Assembly: GCA_009914755.4 (NCBI GenBank)
Contig: CP086569.2
Coordinates: forward strand, 23,552,001 to 23,616,000
DNA: 64,000 bases
DNA from: the human T2T-CHM13v2.0 reference genome, Homo sapiens
Direction: 5' to 3'
The position numbers and the translations under genes are program-made. The notes below the pieces were generated by a model that was given only the letters and a program-made list of their open reading frames with translations, was not told the origin of the DNA and did no database searches. Shown one piece after another: positions 1 to 15,824 of the stretch. Position 1 is the first letter of the stretch. The number at the start of each line of letters is the position of its first letter.

Positions 1-2296
1 CCCTGGGATGCAAGGCTGGTTCAATATAGGCAAATGAATAAACATAATTCATCAAATCAACAGAAGCAATGACAAAAACCACATAAATATGTCAATAGAC
101 TCAACACGTCTTCATGCTAAAAATTCTCAGTAAACTAGGTCTTGATGGAAAGTATCTCCAAATAGTAAGAGCTATTTATCACAAACCCACAGCCAATATC
201 ATACTGAATAGGCAAATACTGGAAGCATTCCATTTTACAACCTGCAAAAGAAAAGGAAGCCCCCTCTCACCACTCTTATTCAACATAGTATTGGAAGTTC
301 TGGTGAGGGCAATCAGAGGAAAGAAATAAAGCGCATTCTAACAGTAAGAGAGGAAGTCAAATTATCTCTGTTTGCAGATAACATGATTGCATATTTAGAA
401 AACCCCATCGTCTAAGCCCACAATCTCCTTAAGCTGAGAAGCAACGTCAACAAACTCTCAGAGTACAAAATCAATGTGCAAAAATCACAAACATTCCTAT
501 ACCCAAATAATAGAGGGCCAAATGGTGAGTGAACTCCCATTCACAATTGCCACCAAGAGAAGAAAATCCCTACAAATACAACTTACAAGGGATGTGAAGG
601 ACCTCTTCAAGAAGGACTACAAACCACCACTCCAAGAAATAAGAGAGAACACACACACATGGAAAAACATTCCATGCTCATGGATAGGAAGAATCAATAT
701 TGTCAAAATGTCCATACTGCCATAGTAATTTATAGATTCAAAGCTATCCCCATCAAGCTACTGTTGGCTTTCTTCACAGAATTAGAAAAACTACTTTAAA
801 TTTCCCATGGAACCAAAAAAGAGCCCACATAGCCATGACAATCCTAAGCAAAAAGAACAAAGCTGGAGGCATCATGGTAACTCAATTTAAACTATACTAC
901 AAGGCTGCAGTAACCAAAACAGCATGGTACTCGTACCAAACATATACATATATACCAATGCAACAGATCAGAGACCTCGGAAATAACACCACAAATATCT
1001 AATATCTACAAATATCTGATCTTCGACAAACCTGATGAAACAAATCAATGTGGAGAGGATTCCCTATTTAATAAATGTGGGAAAACTGGCTAGTCATATG
1101 CAGAAAATTGTAACAACCCCTTCCTTACACCTTATACAAAAATTAACTCAAGATGGATTAGACTTAAACATAAGACCTAAAACCATAAAAACCCCCGAAG
1201 AAAATCAAGGCAATACCATTCAGGACACAGGCATGGGCAAAAACTTTATTACTAGATCACCAAAAGCAATGGCAACAAAAGACAAATTTGACAAATGAGA
1301 TCTAATTAAATAAAAGATCTTCTGCACAGCAAAAGCAACTATCATCAGATTGAACAGGCAACCTGCAGAATGGGAGAACATTTTTGCAATATATCCATCT
1401 GACAAAGAACTAATACCCAGGATCTACAAAAAACTTAAACAAATTTGTGAGAAAAAAAAAAAACTCATCAAAAAGTGAGGGAAGGATATGAACAGACGCT
1501 AGTCAAAAGAAGACACTTATGCAGCCAACAATCATGGGAAGAAAAGCTAATCATCACTGATCATTAGAGTAATGCAAATCAAAACCACAATGAGATACCA
1601 TCTCATGCCAGTTAGAATGGTGATCACTAAAAAGTCAGGAAACAACAGATGCTGGAAAGGATGTGGAGAAATAGGAATGCTTTTTCACTGTTGATAGGAG
1701 TGTAAATTAGTTCAACCATTGTGGAAGACAGTGTGTCAATTCCTCAATGATGTAGAAGTAGAAATACCATTTGACCCAGCAATCCCATTACTGGGTAGAT
1801 ACCCAAAGGATTATAAATCATTCTATTATAAAGACACATGCACATGTATTTTATTATGGCACTGTTCACAATAGCAAAGACTTGCAACCAACAAAAATGC
1901 CCATCAATTTTAGACTGGATGAAGAAAATATGGCATATATACACCATGGAATACTGTGCAGTCATAAAAATGATGAGTTTATGTCCTTTGCAGGGACATG
2001 GATGAAGCTGGAAACCAACATTCTCAGCAAAATAACACAAGAACAGAAAACCAAACACCACATGTTCTCACTCATAAGTGGGAGTTGAACAATGAGAACA
2101 TACGGATACAGGGAGGGGAACATTACATACTGGGGCCTGTTGGTGGCAGGGTATAGGGGAGGGATAGCATTAGGAAAAATGCCTAATGTAGATGATGGGA
2201 TGATGGGTGCAGCAAGCCATCATGACAGGTGTATACCTATGTAACAAACCTGCATGTTTTGCACATGTGCCCCAGAACTTAAAGTATAATAATAAT
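1..2296 (+). mobile_element. LINE-1 3' portion (ORF2 RT/C-terminal region through 3' UTR), degraded, no long poly-A
   Basis: Track ORFs 114..329, 474..725, 1035..1298 (+) translate to L1 ORF2 motifs ([20 protein letters not shown].., [29 protein letters not shown]). Nucleotides 2060-2296 match the L1 3' end (ctcactcataagtgggagttgaacaatgagaacat ... aaagtataataataa). Multiple frameshifts. Confidence 0.9.
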
Positions 2297-4454
2297 TTTT
2301 TAAAAAGAACCTTTTTGAGAAAATTAAACTTTGAGAATTGTTGCCTTATTTGTGGTTTTGGCTTCTGAATAATATCTAAATGTAATCTCATTACACTTTT
2401 TTCAAGTGTTTGGTATTGGAGATAATGCTTGTCTTTAGGATTGAGAGTGGAGACTCCCAATTTATGATCAAATAATTTAGCATTATGCATTTGGGACATA
2501 TCATATCCATTTTAGGATGAGAAGACGCTGTTGCTGAGGACTTACTGTTTAAAGTCACAAGAAGGAGCAGACACAAAATGCAGAAGTGAGTTTTCTGGAT
2601 GCATATGTATATGTGGACCCATAAAGTGTTATGTCTTTTGTTCAACAAAATTTTATTTGGCTTACATATCCTGTTTAGTGTTGTGGATACAATAAGGTTG
2701 AGGAGTCACTCCTTTACTCAAAGACTTACAGTAAAATGGGAAAAGTGGAGGTCATCCCCCATTTCATTTCTCTATAACAGTAAAGAAAATTTCAAAAATA
2801 AATTTCTAAAAATATGGAATTTATATTCTTATGCAAATTGTGTAATATATAGATTTAAATGTAATTACAAGATGTTTTACCAAAACTACATGATTGAGAT
2901 AAATTAAAAATTATTTAATAATAGGAGAAATATAACATGTTCACAGATTAAAAGCAATATTTTTAAGATTTAAAATTTTCCTAAATTTACCTATAGATTC
3001 AATACACTCTCAACCAACATCTCCCCATTTGCCTGTATTATTAGTAAAGTTCATCTCATACATGAGATACCATCTTGGATAAGAAAAGAAAGAAGTGAAA
3101 TGAGAAAACTCAGCATTTGAGTGTTGTGCTTAAGTGACTATTTTTGTTATTGCATTGAACTAAGACAACTTGATTTCTTTTTTATTTTTAATTTTTTGTT
3201 AATACACAGTCATTGTTATGTATTTACTTGATTTATTGAATACAATTTTTCCCTATCTTGAGGTTCGAGATGCTCAGGAGGAACATCAGGTAACTTGAAG
3301 ACATAATAAAGAAGTTAACGATTTATTTATACCTCTGAGTATAATGCAGATACATGTAAGACTTCATATAAAGTTCTTAAAACATAGATCTAATTTGCTT
3401 ATAAAAAGTTGCACCATTTTTAATCTTTTTAATATCAGTGCTCAATTCATCATCATTCTTCATTTTGGGTATTTCTATTATAAAATTTTATTGACTTTAA
3501 TTTGGGCATGGAAACACTAGAACAATATCATAAATTATATGTCATCATGCATTCCACTATCTCATGAGAAATCGTTAGAAATGAAGTGCAGTGCATAAAC
3601 AAATTTATTTAATATGTTATTTTCATTTATTTAAGTGTTTAGATCCAGATTAAAATTGATGAATATAAGCAAGAATCCAAGACAAGAATGCAAAGTTTTG
3701 ACCAATGGATGAACATTGCTAACATTTTAATCTTTATTATTTTGAGATAAAAATCACGTGTTTTAGATTTGTAACCTCCGTAATTTGTAAACAGTCATGT
3801 GTGTGTTGATGTCTGTCTATCATTTATCTATATATGTAACTTAACAATAAAACTATAGATAAAAGAACTGAACTTTATATTATCTTTGCAGTAAGTAATA
3901 TTTTCCTGGTCATTATAGGCTTTATTAGTCCATTTCATACACTATGATTTCACAGTAATATGCAAAAAATATTTCTTAATAAACTACATTATTAATCAGC
4001 TATATACCTGAACACAAAGTTTGAGATAAGGACCAAATATAGCCATTTTTAATAAAATAGTCCAAGGCATCACAATATTCTATGTTCTAATGAGAACCAT
4101 AGCTACTGTGGATTTAAAATTATTTTTAATTGCAAATATAAAGTATTTTTGAAGCTAATTAACTTCTGTTGTTTCCTAGAGACAAGATATCTTATCCCTT
4201 TTGCTTAGCAGGTGTGTCTATATCTTAGAGAAGAATTTAGCTGAGGTTGTGTTTGATTAGATTGATTAAATATGCATTTTACTCCATAAAGACAATTTTT
4301 ATGTGTATTAGTTGGATACCTATTTCTAAAAACATAGAACTTTTCTTTATTTCATGCTGTTTGCTCCTGTATGCCAGGGATTTCAATAGGGAAACTAGCT
4401 GTCTTCTTGAAAATGTGAATATATTCCTAAACATGTTCACTACCTCATCTATGA

Positions 4455-4970
<516 letters not shown>

Positions 4971-7794
4971 TAATCTCTTTCTCCATTCAACCTTCATACT
5001 ACTACTATACCTCTGTATCTCATAGCACCATTCACTTTCTATTTTCTAGCATAGTTAATCAACTTTACAAACATTCCTTGAGGGAGGGATATTTAGTTTA
5101 TTTATTTTTTTCTCCCACAAAACTAATACAATAGTTTATGTGCAATTGGTGCTCAATAAACACTTAAAATGAGTTATTTATTCAGGAGACAGAACACTAA
5201 TAAATAAGAAATACTAAATAAATTGTTCAACGAATAAATGAAGTTTACTTTCCCTTTAAGCTTTTTAACCAAAGGTCATGGATATATTCTGAGTTCTTAG
5301 TTCGAAATACAAGAATCTAGTCTGATTAGATTAGACAAAATAATAATAATAAAGTACATAATCTCACAGAATCTCTGAAAAGGCTAGAGAGCCCTAGTTC
5401 CCTTAACAGGAGCAAAGCCTGAGCATACAGCAGATGCTGATATATGGAAAATACCATCCATCTCTACCAACTGCTCAGCACTCATGAGATGCAAAGCAGG
5501 ATCACAAGTCTCTGTTAATGTCATCCCTTAGGCTGAACACATTTTAGCTAAATTCTACAGAATTAATGTGTGTATCTTCCTAGCACCCACTGTGAATACC
5601 TCTCCTTCAAAAATCTATTGCTTGTGAAAAACCAGGTATGTTTAGCAAGTCATGAAACAACTGTAGTCATTCATTAGTGGTCACAGACTCACATTTAAGC
5701 ATAACTTTAAAGGTTTCATAGACCTGACACTTATTGTTCTGAATCAACATTGATCTCATGAAGATGAACTGGAGGTTGAAAGCCTGCAATTACCCACCAG
5801 CTAGGTACACCATTATTAGCCATGATAAAAATGTGTCTGGGTTTTAATGTCAGGGCATATTGCCCACCTGAGAATGTAATAATCCTGAGAAATGACAGTT
5901 CCACTTCCATGTCTTTATAGTTCCCAAAACTCACTCAACCACATCAAGCACATACCAAACTATCCTTGGGTTTCAATGCTGACTTAGCAAACCAGTGGAC
6001 TGAGAGAAATAACAATTCAAGTTAAAGATGAGTGCGGTGGACATTAAGCAATGTAACTTGTCAATCATAAGATCAGAAAATAGTGTGACAAGGACAACCT
6101 CCAGTAGACAGAACCAAAGTATTTGATTTTGACATCACCCATCTTAGAAAAATATCCTGATTTAGTTTCCATGAATATCTGATGTAATTTTACATAGCTT
6201 CTCACTGCAGTAAAACAAGTCAGGTAGATATGCTAGTCTTTTCCTTAAAAGTGTAAAGACTGGAAAACTCCAAAAAACCTGAAATACCAAAGCCTGAGCA
6301 TGGTGGAACTGGCATGGGGGGTAAATCATTTAATTACTATTGAGCCTCAGGTTCCGCAACTCCTTTTTAATCCTCAAATCTTTTAGACACTATTTTTTTT
6401 CATAAAATCATACACTTCATAAGAATTATTCAAAATTTTTGGCTACATTATATACCAGCTTTGCCTGAAGTCAGATATAACCATGTGGTAAATTTTTGTC
6501 TGGTGCAATATATCAGAAAATGTTTGTGCCACTTCTGGGCTGTCCCTTTCAAAGGAGGAAACGGTCATTCCATTGTCCTTATAAATCATCTGGCTAACCA
6601 GAATGCGGTCATGACTGCAGGAGTTGGAACAGCCTTCTTGCACCATAAGATGCCTGTTGAGGATAACAGAACAACAAAATAGAGGGAATGTAGGTTTCTG
6701 AAAACTTTGAGGGTTTGAGTTACCACATCAGCTTAGAATTGCATAGAAGAGAAAAATTAACATCTGTCTCATTTAAAACTACAATGATATTTTAATAAAA
6801 CACAACTCATTGATTCCACTGTTGCTACTATCCATAACACTATTGTGTGGGCAACCTTTACTACAGAATCAAATAAAGTTATCATGACAGGTTATCAGAA
6901 ACCAGCTGAATCAGTATCTTGCCATCCCCATCTCATATTTGTCAACTTGGATGACAAACAGATAAATACTAGAATTTAAAATAAATCTCAAATTAAAATT
7001 TAACACAGTTTCATCTGAACCATGCCTAGGTTTTGGTTTTTGCTTTAATTCTCCATTCAGCAGTAAAAGAAAAGGGAATATTTCAATAATTATTATACAA
7101 TTTATTATCTATATTACTTATTCTAATAATTTAATTTTAAAATAATTTAAGAACATGCATATTTATAAAATTATTAACTTTAAAACTTTGGTTTAACAAA
7201 AATATGTATTCTATGATATAGTTTTTGCTTAGAAATATACATTTATGTATTCATGCATATTGGTATAAATGTGTCAATGTATATCAAAGAAAACTCATGG
7301 AAGCTTACATAAGGACTTCTCAGTTACGCCCTCTAGGAGAGCAAATAAAGATGATAGGTGAATAACTTTTATTTTTTATTATATACTCATGTATTAATTA
7401 AACTTTTCAATGAGCATTGGTCTTTATCAGCAGCATGAAAAGAGTCTAATACAGTAAATTGTTACAAGGAGTGGGGAGCTGCTGAAAAGATACCTGAAAA
7501 TGTGGAAGAGACTTTGAAACTGGGTAACAGGCAGATATTGGAACAGTTTGGAGGGCTCAGAAAAAGAGAGAAAATGTGGGAAAGTTTGGAACTTCCTAGA
7601 GACTTGTTGAATGGCTTCAACAAAAATACTGATAGTGATATGAACAATAGGTCCAGGCTCAGGTGGTCTCAGATGGAGAGGAGAAACTTGTTGGGAACTG
7701 CACCAAAGGTGACTCTTGCTATGCTTGAGCAAAGAGAATGGTATCATTTTGCCCCTGCCCGGCAGATGTGTGAAACTTTGAACTTGAGAGAGAT

Positions 7795-8086
7795 GATACA
7801 GGAGAGCAGTCTCAGGGGGTATGCCTGCAGCTGCAGGAAGATATATGGGAACAGACACACAACTCTCTCTCCCAGATAAGCACAACAAAGAGACACAGAA
7901 ACAGTCCAAGTCTCTGGTATACTCTTCCACCCTGAATCCTGAGAAACTCTTAGTGTGTAAGAGACTGTCTCTTGAACTAACTCGGCCAGAAAACACTCTC
8001 AGGTTTGTTTTCTTTAAAATCAGCCTGTCCTTGACTGCCAAGCCACCTTTTGTTTTTCTTTCCTCTTCCTTCATTTCTTACATTTG
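7795..8086 (+). mobile_element. ERV LTR-like repeat, copy A (short form), followed by a PBS-like motif
   Basis: cagggggtatgcctgcagctgcaggaagatatatgggaacagacacacaac ... agataagcacaacaaagagacacagaaacagtccaag ... ctcaggtttgttttctttaaaatc is about 80-85% identical to two blocks at 15825-15905 and 16395-16615. Immediately followed by tt + tggtgccaaaacctgtgac (8089-8107), resembling a tRNA-Phe primer-binding site. Confidence 0.4.
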
Positions 8087-8392
8087 GTGCCAAAACCTGT
8101 GACTGGTGTTGGGAGAAGAGGCTGTCTTGCAACCCAGGAAGCAGTGGGCAATGGCAGCTCATCCTGAGTTAACTCCTGTATCCTAAAAGCCTCTGGCCAC
8201 ACGCCCAATCTTATCTCTCACTTCACTTTTCAAGTAATTTGTGTGAGCAGGACAACTAACTTGAAGGGGCTGTGAGGCTCAGGCTGAGGCTACTCCCCAT
8301 GGGCTCTAAAACACTCAGGTCTCGGGAATCCACCTCTGACCACCTGCATTGGGTATTTTGCTCGCTAACCCTCCCTTGCCCCCTCTTTCTCC

Positions 8393-8395
<3 letters not shown>

Positions 8396-8443
<48 letters not shown>
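8396..8443. repeat. (TC)n microsatellite, about 24 repeats
   Basis: tctctctctc... run read directly. Confidence 0.95.
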
Positions 8444-8446
<3 letters not shown>

Positions 8447-10186
8447 TCAAATGGCTACAGTATGGGAGGCCCTTTGCCAATTCCAGCCAGAACATCCAAC
8501 ATCAGATACTATTTCAGATGACCGGTGAGATCTGCCTTCTCCTGGCTTTCTCTCTGTACCGGAGAAAGTCTGGCCTGCTGTCCAGGTCCTGGGAGGTCCA
8601 ATCGGACTAATGGGGCTGGGCTAGAGGAAATATTGGTACACAGCTCCTTCTCAGGTTAACGGTCCTCTTTTGGAAAGAGGATTCTGGGTCTCTGTCTTTT
8701 ATCTGGGGATGCCTAGAACAAAACAGACACCACCAGCTTCCTCTTAGCAGTCCACATGGGTGCCAAACAATTTCACGTCCCTACATCCTTCCCACTGGAC
8801 TGCAGTATTAGCAACCAAGGCAAACTTGGCTTATGGCAGACCTTAATGCCAAAGCATTTAATTTTCTCCTGCAACATGGCCTTAACAACTTTACTACCAG
8901 AAATGGCAAATGACAAGAGATGTCCCCATATTCAGGCTTTCTTCTATCATCAATCCCACCCCTCCTCCTCCTCTACCTGTTCAAAAACTACTCTAACTGG
9001 TTAAACCTTCTCTGCCATTCTCCCTCTCTGGAAAGTGGCTAGGGTTAAAGGCAGTCCTTGCATTCATGCCCCCTTCTCCATGTCTAATTTGTGGCAAATT
9101 GAACAGCTTCTGGAACTTTTCTCGAAAAATCACTCTCATTATTGCAGGAAATTCCTGCACATAACCCAGTCTCTTAACTTGGCAGAACATTTACATAATT
9201 CTAATCTCCACCCTTACCTTTAATAAAAAACAGTGCTCAGCTTAATTAAAATGGATATCAAAGCTATAAGTATATTCAAAAGGGTTTTATGTTTTTCTCT
9301 TCATAAATCTTGTTTTCCTGAAAAAAGTTTTATCTCAGTCAAAATTACTTCTCTTCACTCTGTCTTGCAACTCTTGCTGCATGCATAAAAGACCCCAGTC
9401 TGGTGGCCTAGAACTCCCTAGAAAGATAGAAAACTTGCCAGAAATCCATCTTGAAAAAAATAACTCTTTTCCTTATGGAACCCCTGGAATTAAAGGTGAA
9501 GAAGTACCTCTCAAAAATCTTTATTTGTCTTCCAGCTATGCTTGTTTATTAGGCCCTAAAATTTGTTTACCTAGCCCTGCTCTTAAAGGGCCTCACCCAG
9601 AGGCCAATAATCTAATCTGGAAATTAGCAAATGGAAATTGTATGACTATTGAATCTTCTTCTGGTTGCCTGTGAGGCTATATATGTCTTACATATGTTAT
9701 GTCTATTAAAAAGAACTCTAATGAATTAATTGTCCTAAGAAAAGAAAGTGCTTAAATCAAATATTTTTAAGGAAAATGCTAAGCAAAGTAACACTGTGTA
9801 TACTGCCATTTTACTTTATTCTTCTGTTGAAGCAAAATTGTGAGGTCTCATTATGTGCGTGTGCTTTTGCTAGATGTCCCAGTTGGCTGTGCTGAGATGT
9901 ACCAGTACTGTTTATGGTGTAAGTTTAAATTCTTAAGTATTTTCTCCTACCATTGTATTCCAAAACACACTAAGCTGTATTGCACAGTTCAAAATTTCGT
10001 TACTTAAGGGATCCATCTAGGCATTGTTCTTGGTCTTAAATTGAATAGCAAACACAGGACATGTCTGTTATCAGTATCTTAATTTTCAAAGGCTGTCCTT
10101 TGACATTTTAAACCATGACAACAGCTATTCACATTTGATGTTTATAAAAACAACATCTTTATTAATTTTATTATCAAGTATCATAA

Positions 10187-10509
<323 letters not shown>

Positions 10510-11187
10510 CAAAATAAGTTTATATCAAATCCGGCTTCCAGAAATGGTAGTAGTTAAGCACATCAATTTACCATGTAAATCATTCACTTGTACCAATGGG
10601 GAAAATTTATTGTTATTGTGCTTCACAGTGAAAACAAGAATAATCTTTCATTTTTAAAAATTAATTTAGGAAAGATTACATAACTTGGCCCTTTAGTATG
10701 TATACAGTAGCACTAGTTTATACACTACTTTTGCCACTGGGGAGTTTCAGTTAAAACATCCCTCAGTCATATAGCTATGGAATGCATCTTCCATTTATAA
10801 TTTCTGCACTAATAATTAGTTTGGATCAAAGTTATTTTTATATATACTACAAAACAAAAGCAAACTAGTCCACCTTAAATTTTTATGTTTAGAATTTTCT
10901 ATATGTAAATCATTCAGATTAGTATCTATGTAGGTTCAGTCAAATCCAACCACGGATTTGAGTTATTATACTATATAACCCTGTAAGATACATAGAAATG
11001 TTGTTACTTTGCCTTTATAACAGAACCAAAGTGTCTGTTTCAATTTATAAATTCAGCATTTGAGTAACTTTGATTCCCAAAATTAGGAGAAAATAACAAA
11101 ATAATGAGAAGGAGGAACCAGGCCTTAGTGCCACATATAGTGGTTGTAAGGTAGAGTCTCCTTCTTTCCAGAATGCTTTATTGTATT

Positions 11188-11250
11188 TTACTTATTATAT
11201 ATATTATATATATAATATAGTATATATAATATACTATAGTATATTATATA
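11188..11250. repeat. TA-rich simple/low-complexity repeat
   Basis: atatatattatatatataatatagtatatataatatactatagtatattatata. Confidence 0.8.
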
Positions 11251-12358
11251 GACCTGACTGTCTGTGTCAAAGTATAATTCGCATGCTGAAGTTCTAGCTT
11301 AAAGTGGCAAAAGAAAGTTGTCTTCATTAAATATATTCATGACTTTAACAAGATAATAAGGGAACAATATTTAGGATTCAAGCTCAATAAGAATACTCTT
11401 TCAATGAACATGTCCCTAAGATAACCAGAATTAGCAGTTAATTTATGCATCTGGAAAACTTCAGTTCCCACCAGTAAAAATAGTCTGAGTGGCTAGTGCA
11501 CTTTGAGAAAATTCTGGCATACTAAATAAATAATGTACATGTGGGACCCAGGAGCTGGGTAAGCCTGCCTTTAGACAACTCTGTGACTACAAAAACAAAG
11601 CCAGCACTTTTGGAACTGATAAGGCTGTACTTAATCAGTATCATAAAGAGCATTGCACAGCTGAACTTTGCTTCCACTGGTTCAGTGGTTACTTATTTCT
11701 ACCTAAGCACTCAGTCTTTACTAAAAAAAAAAATAAAATAAAAGATTTATATTTGAGAGCTACTTCACTTAAATTACAAAATCAGTCAATGTTTTTAGTT
11801 CCAAGTTACAGTAAAGAAAAAAATGCATTGTTCCCTTCAGAGACTTGTCTGGGTGTTTTAGTTATGCATAAGTAATTCTAGCAAAGGAAGGGTAGAAAAG
11901 AGATGAAAATTAATTTACATACTTGCTACTTGGGAATAAAGGGCTTTTTGAGGGGGGTTATGGATATTAAATGATTTAATTGTATTCTTATCCCTATCAA
12001 TACAGGCAGTAGTTTTCTTTGAGTATGCTTAAATAACTGTATTTCTAAAATCTAAGAAGTTCCAATGAGGCAGGAAATTAAAGAAAAATAAAATTAAAAA
12101 GAAAGAGAAATAAGTTTTCCTGTATTAGTCTGACTTGTCCCAGAGGCAGCAACAGGCACAGCCCAGACCCAGGAAAAGTCTTGATAATATAATCTAATGT
12201 GTACCGCAGACTCTTCCAGCACACCCTCAACGCAGGGAGAAGAAAAACAAATTTTCCTTTGTTTCATGGAATGAGTTTGTAGATTGTTGTTCTCTGTAAC
12301 TAGTGACTTCAAGTACTCTGTTTTATCTAAGAAGTACAATGAAGGTCATGAGAAACCT

Positions 12359-12693
12359 GTGTAGGCTTGAACTATAGCTGCGTGGGCACTATAGTGAAGG
12401 TTATAGGATAAGCCCGTGCCCAGACAAATCTAGGTAACAGACATCTGGGTTGCCTTGGCAATGGTCATGTGCAATACTGTCTTTGCCCTGCCTCTGTATC
12501 CCTGCTTTCATGCCACCATAAGCTTGCTTTAAGCTAGCCCACCCCCTTTCGTGAAGTGTATATAAAAATCAGATTCTGTCTTTGTTCCGGGCCCAGTCTT
12601 TTGGACATTGAGTCAGCTGGGCCTAAGTGCACGCAATAAATATTCTCTTGTTTCACCCCGAGGTCTCACTCATCCTTCTGAGTCCTGCAACAC
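12359..12693 (+). mobile_element. Solo LTR-like element (TG...CA) with TATA box and AATAAA signal
   Basis: Starts tgtaggcttgaac and contains gtgtatataaaaatcag (TATA-like at about 12557). gcaataaatattctcttgtttcacc (polyadenylation-like) follows about 90 bp downstream. Ends ...gagtcctgcaaca. Family not identified. Confidence 0.35.
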
Positions 12694-12915
12694 CATGTCA
12701 ATTACTTGACATTCCTGGTCCGCAATACCACAGGCCACTCTTCACATCACGTGCTTGCCTGGATGAAGCTCCTCATTTCAAACAGTGTATATATTTCTGT
12801 GTGGTTTATTATAGTAAGGCCAGAACATATGGAAGTAACCATGCCCCTAACTATGCTGGAAGAAGTCAAGCTTCACCTGCATCTAGCACATAATTCAAAA
12901 AGAAATGAAAATATG

Positions 12916-13238
<323 letters not shown>

Positions 13239-15023
13239 TTACATTAAAGTTAAAAATTGCTAAAAATTACCGTTATAACAGGTAATTAAAACTGCTAAAC
13301 ATGGATTTGCATAAAAGTGTATAAAAATGGTAAAAAGTGGTTTTAGTTAAAAATTATAAGGCATAACTATGTATTTTGCTTAAGAATAAAAAAGTTGTCT
13401 TAAAGTTAAATAAAATAAAGTCGACTGTTTAAGAAAATTGTGAAAACATTGTAAATTATAATCCTATAAAGAAAACTCTGTGTGTAAACATATTAACTAA
13501 TCTCGAAAGGGTAGAACGTCTGGAAAAAATGGTAAGCATGATTATTTAACATGTTTAGGTACATAAAATTGCCAAAATAGTGTCTGATAGGTTATATTTT
13601 AGGGTATAATATTATAACATGTTCCAAAGCTGTATGCCATGTCTAAGGTTCTAGTGTCTAAATATGTGTTATTAATCACAATTAAAGTTGTTATGCTGGG
13701 TTATTGTGAACCACAATGACCAAATTTCTTTGTCAACTATGTTTCTGACTGTATCCAAACTGGACATTTTGGTATTTACAGACAATGGTTACTTTGTTTA
13801 AATTCTCTTCAAAAGATGGTTTATTACCAAGCTGTAAAACTTTAACAGTTGCTCTCAAAGGAGGGTTTTCACAACAACAACAACAAACAACAACAGAACT
13901 ACAGAAGACATGAAAAGCTAAAATGGTTATAAATATCAACCAAAACAAAATGGATTAAAGTAACAAAAAACACAAACAAGTTTTTATCCTTTTGCTTAGA
14001 ACACTGCTAATCTGTGTCTTATGTTTCAGAGTTAAGAAAACTTGCCTTAAGCTAGCTACAGCCTTTAACAACTAAGTAAAGCATATTTCTGTAAATGGAA
14101 ATTAAAATTGGTTTGCTTCTCTCTCCCTAGTTCCTCTATAATTTGAAAACTAGTTATAAGTATTCTTAAACTACAGCAATATTGTTGTTTGCATCAGTGC
14201 AATAAGAATGTATTTTCTTTTGTAAGAAAACACAGTTGGAAAAGATGGTTATTTTACCAAGGCTTTGACAGGAATGGTATGCTCTCCTTTAGTGAATAAA
14301 ACTTAACTTATGAAGCCAATAAAGCCCTTGGAAAACTGGTCTCATATTTTGTGTACACAGTCCTTGTATAAGGTTTCTGATCTGTGGTAAGTATAGAATG
14401 TCACTTTCTGACAGGCCAGGAAATGCATGTTATCTTAAAACCTCAAGAGGAGAGGAATTCACCCAACTCATAGGTATTTAATGATAGAAATCCATGGCTG
14501 GGCTGGGCCTTAAAAAGTCTCATCTCAAATTCCTTCTATAACACAAAATTCCATCAAAGCTGACTTAAAAGTCATGTGTAGCAAATACTTATTTTTGCTG
14601 CACTGTATAAAACTAATTAAGCCAAGTATAATAAAGGAAAGCTGTCCTACCATGATTTTTCTTTTAATAAAAATGGGAAATTGAAGAGAGAAAATTATGT
14701 TTCAAAAACTATAGCGCACCTGTTGCTAAATTCTAGTCTGCCTAATGTTTTTCAATTTTTATTATTTTCTACAGTTTAAATTATATTCATTACAGAAATC
14801 AACTCCTAGATACTACACACTCAAGTCAAAGCTGAAAGAGCTGAGAAAGCAGCTCCTAGCAGCCCATTAAAAACATCCTAAATATCAACGTAAAAAAAAG
14901 AAATTTTAAGCTGAAAATAATAAAATATAAGTAATTAAGTGAAAATTACTCATCTTAGTCCCAACGCTACTTTACCAAGTACTTTTTATCAATCCTACCT
15001 GTCCTTTAAGCCAGATATTAACT

Positions 15024-15086
15024 TTTTTTTTTTTTTTTTTTTTTTGAGATGGAGCCTCGCTCTGTCACCCAGGCTGGAGTGCATGT
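15024..15086 (-). mobile_element. Alu fragment, 3' end only (minus orientation)
   Basis: Poly-T(24) + gagatggagcctcgctctgtcacccaggctggagtgcatg, then unrelated sequence. Confidence 0.8.
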
Positions 15087-15824
15087 TGTACTATGTGCAG
15101 TAGGAATATATACTGTAGTACCCTAAGGGTGAAATATCAAACAAAGAATCTCAATTACTGTAGCATTTTGTTTAATTATTATCATCATAGCAAATCTAAC
15201 AGTTACTAATAAAACAATAACACATGGGTCTTTCCAAACATGTTCCTCTGCGTGTCATTGGGAAAGAAATGTTGCTTTTGTCTCAACCAATCAGGCCTAA
15301 TATGAAACACTGCTGAAAAACCTAGGACTAATGTTCTTACCCTGCCTCAGTAACCTTTTCCAAAACCTTTTAACCAACAGAATCATGGCCATTTCACAGA
15401 CAGCTACCCAAAAATATCTATGGACAGTGTTGCTCCTGCAGTCCATCCAAGATCAAAAAAACTTTCTGCACCCACCCCTGCATCAGCAGGAAGTAGCCAG
15501 AAGGAACATGTTGCCTCTTGTTCTTTTGTAACTAAAGGGTCTGGAATGACAGAACAAGGGCACCATCATCTTGGACAAACACTGCCAACTGAAGATCAGC
15601 TTCCTTTCTAACCTCATGCATTTCAAAGAAATCACTTGTCTTCTGACAACTAGCAGCCAGAAAGAGCAGACACTAAAACACAGAAAAGACAGCTGGGGTA
15701 CAGAGGGAGGTGGAGAGGAAGTCTCTTGGGTAATTGCCAAACTTCACCTTCATAAAGCAGACGTCAGTAAAACAGTGGGCCTTAATAAGCACATTGCTTT
15801 CCCTTCAGATGCACTAACATAGGG

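Noticed and set aside
7427-8074. 215-aa minus-strand ORF
   Set aside because: It spans the LTR-like repeat copy A and adjacent sequence. It has no recognisable domain and low-complexity composition. It is treated as spurious.
13250-14700. AT-rich segment with several internal near-duplicates (for example aaaagatggtttattaccaag / gaaaagatggttattttaccaagg) as a possible ERV internal region or mitochondrial-like insert
   Set aside because: I could not match it to any family from memory. There are no convincing retroviral protein motifs in translation. It is left unannotated.
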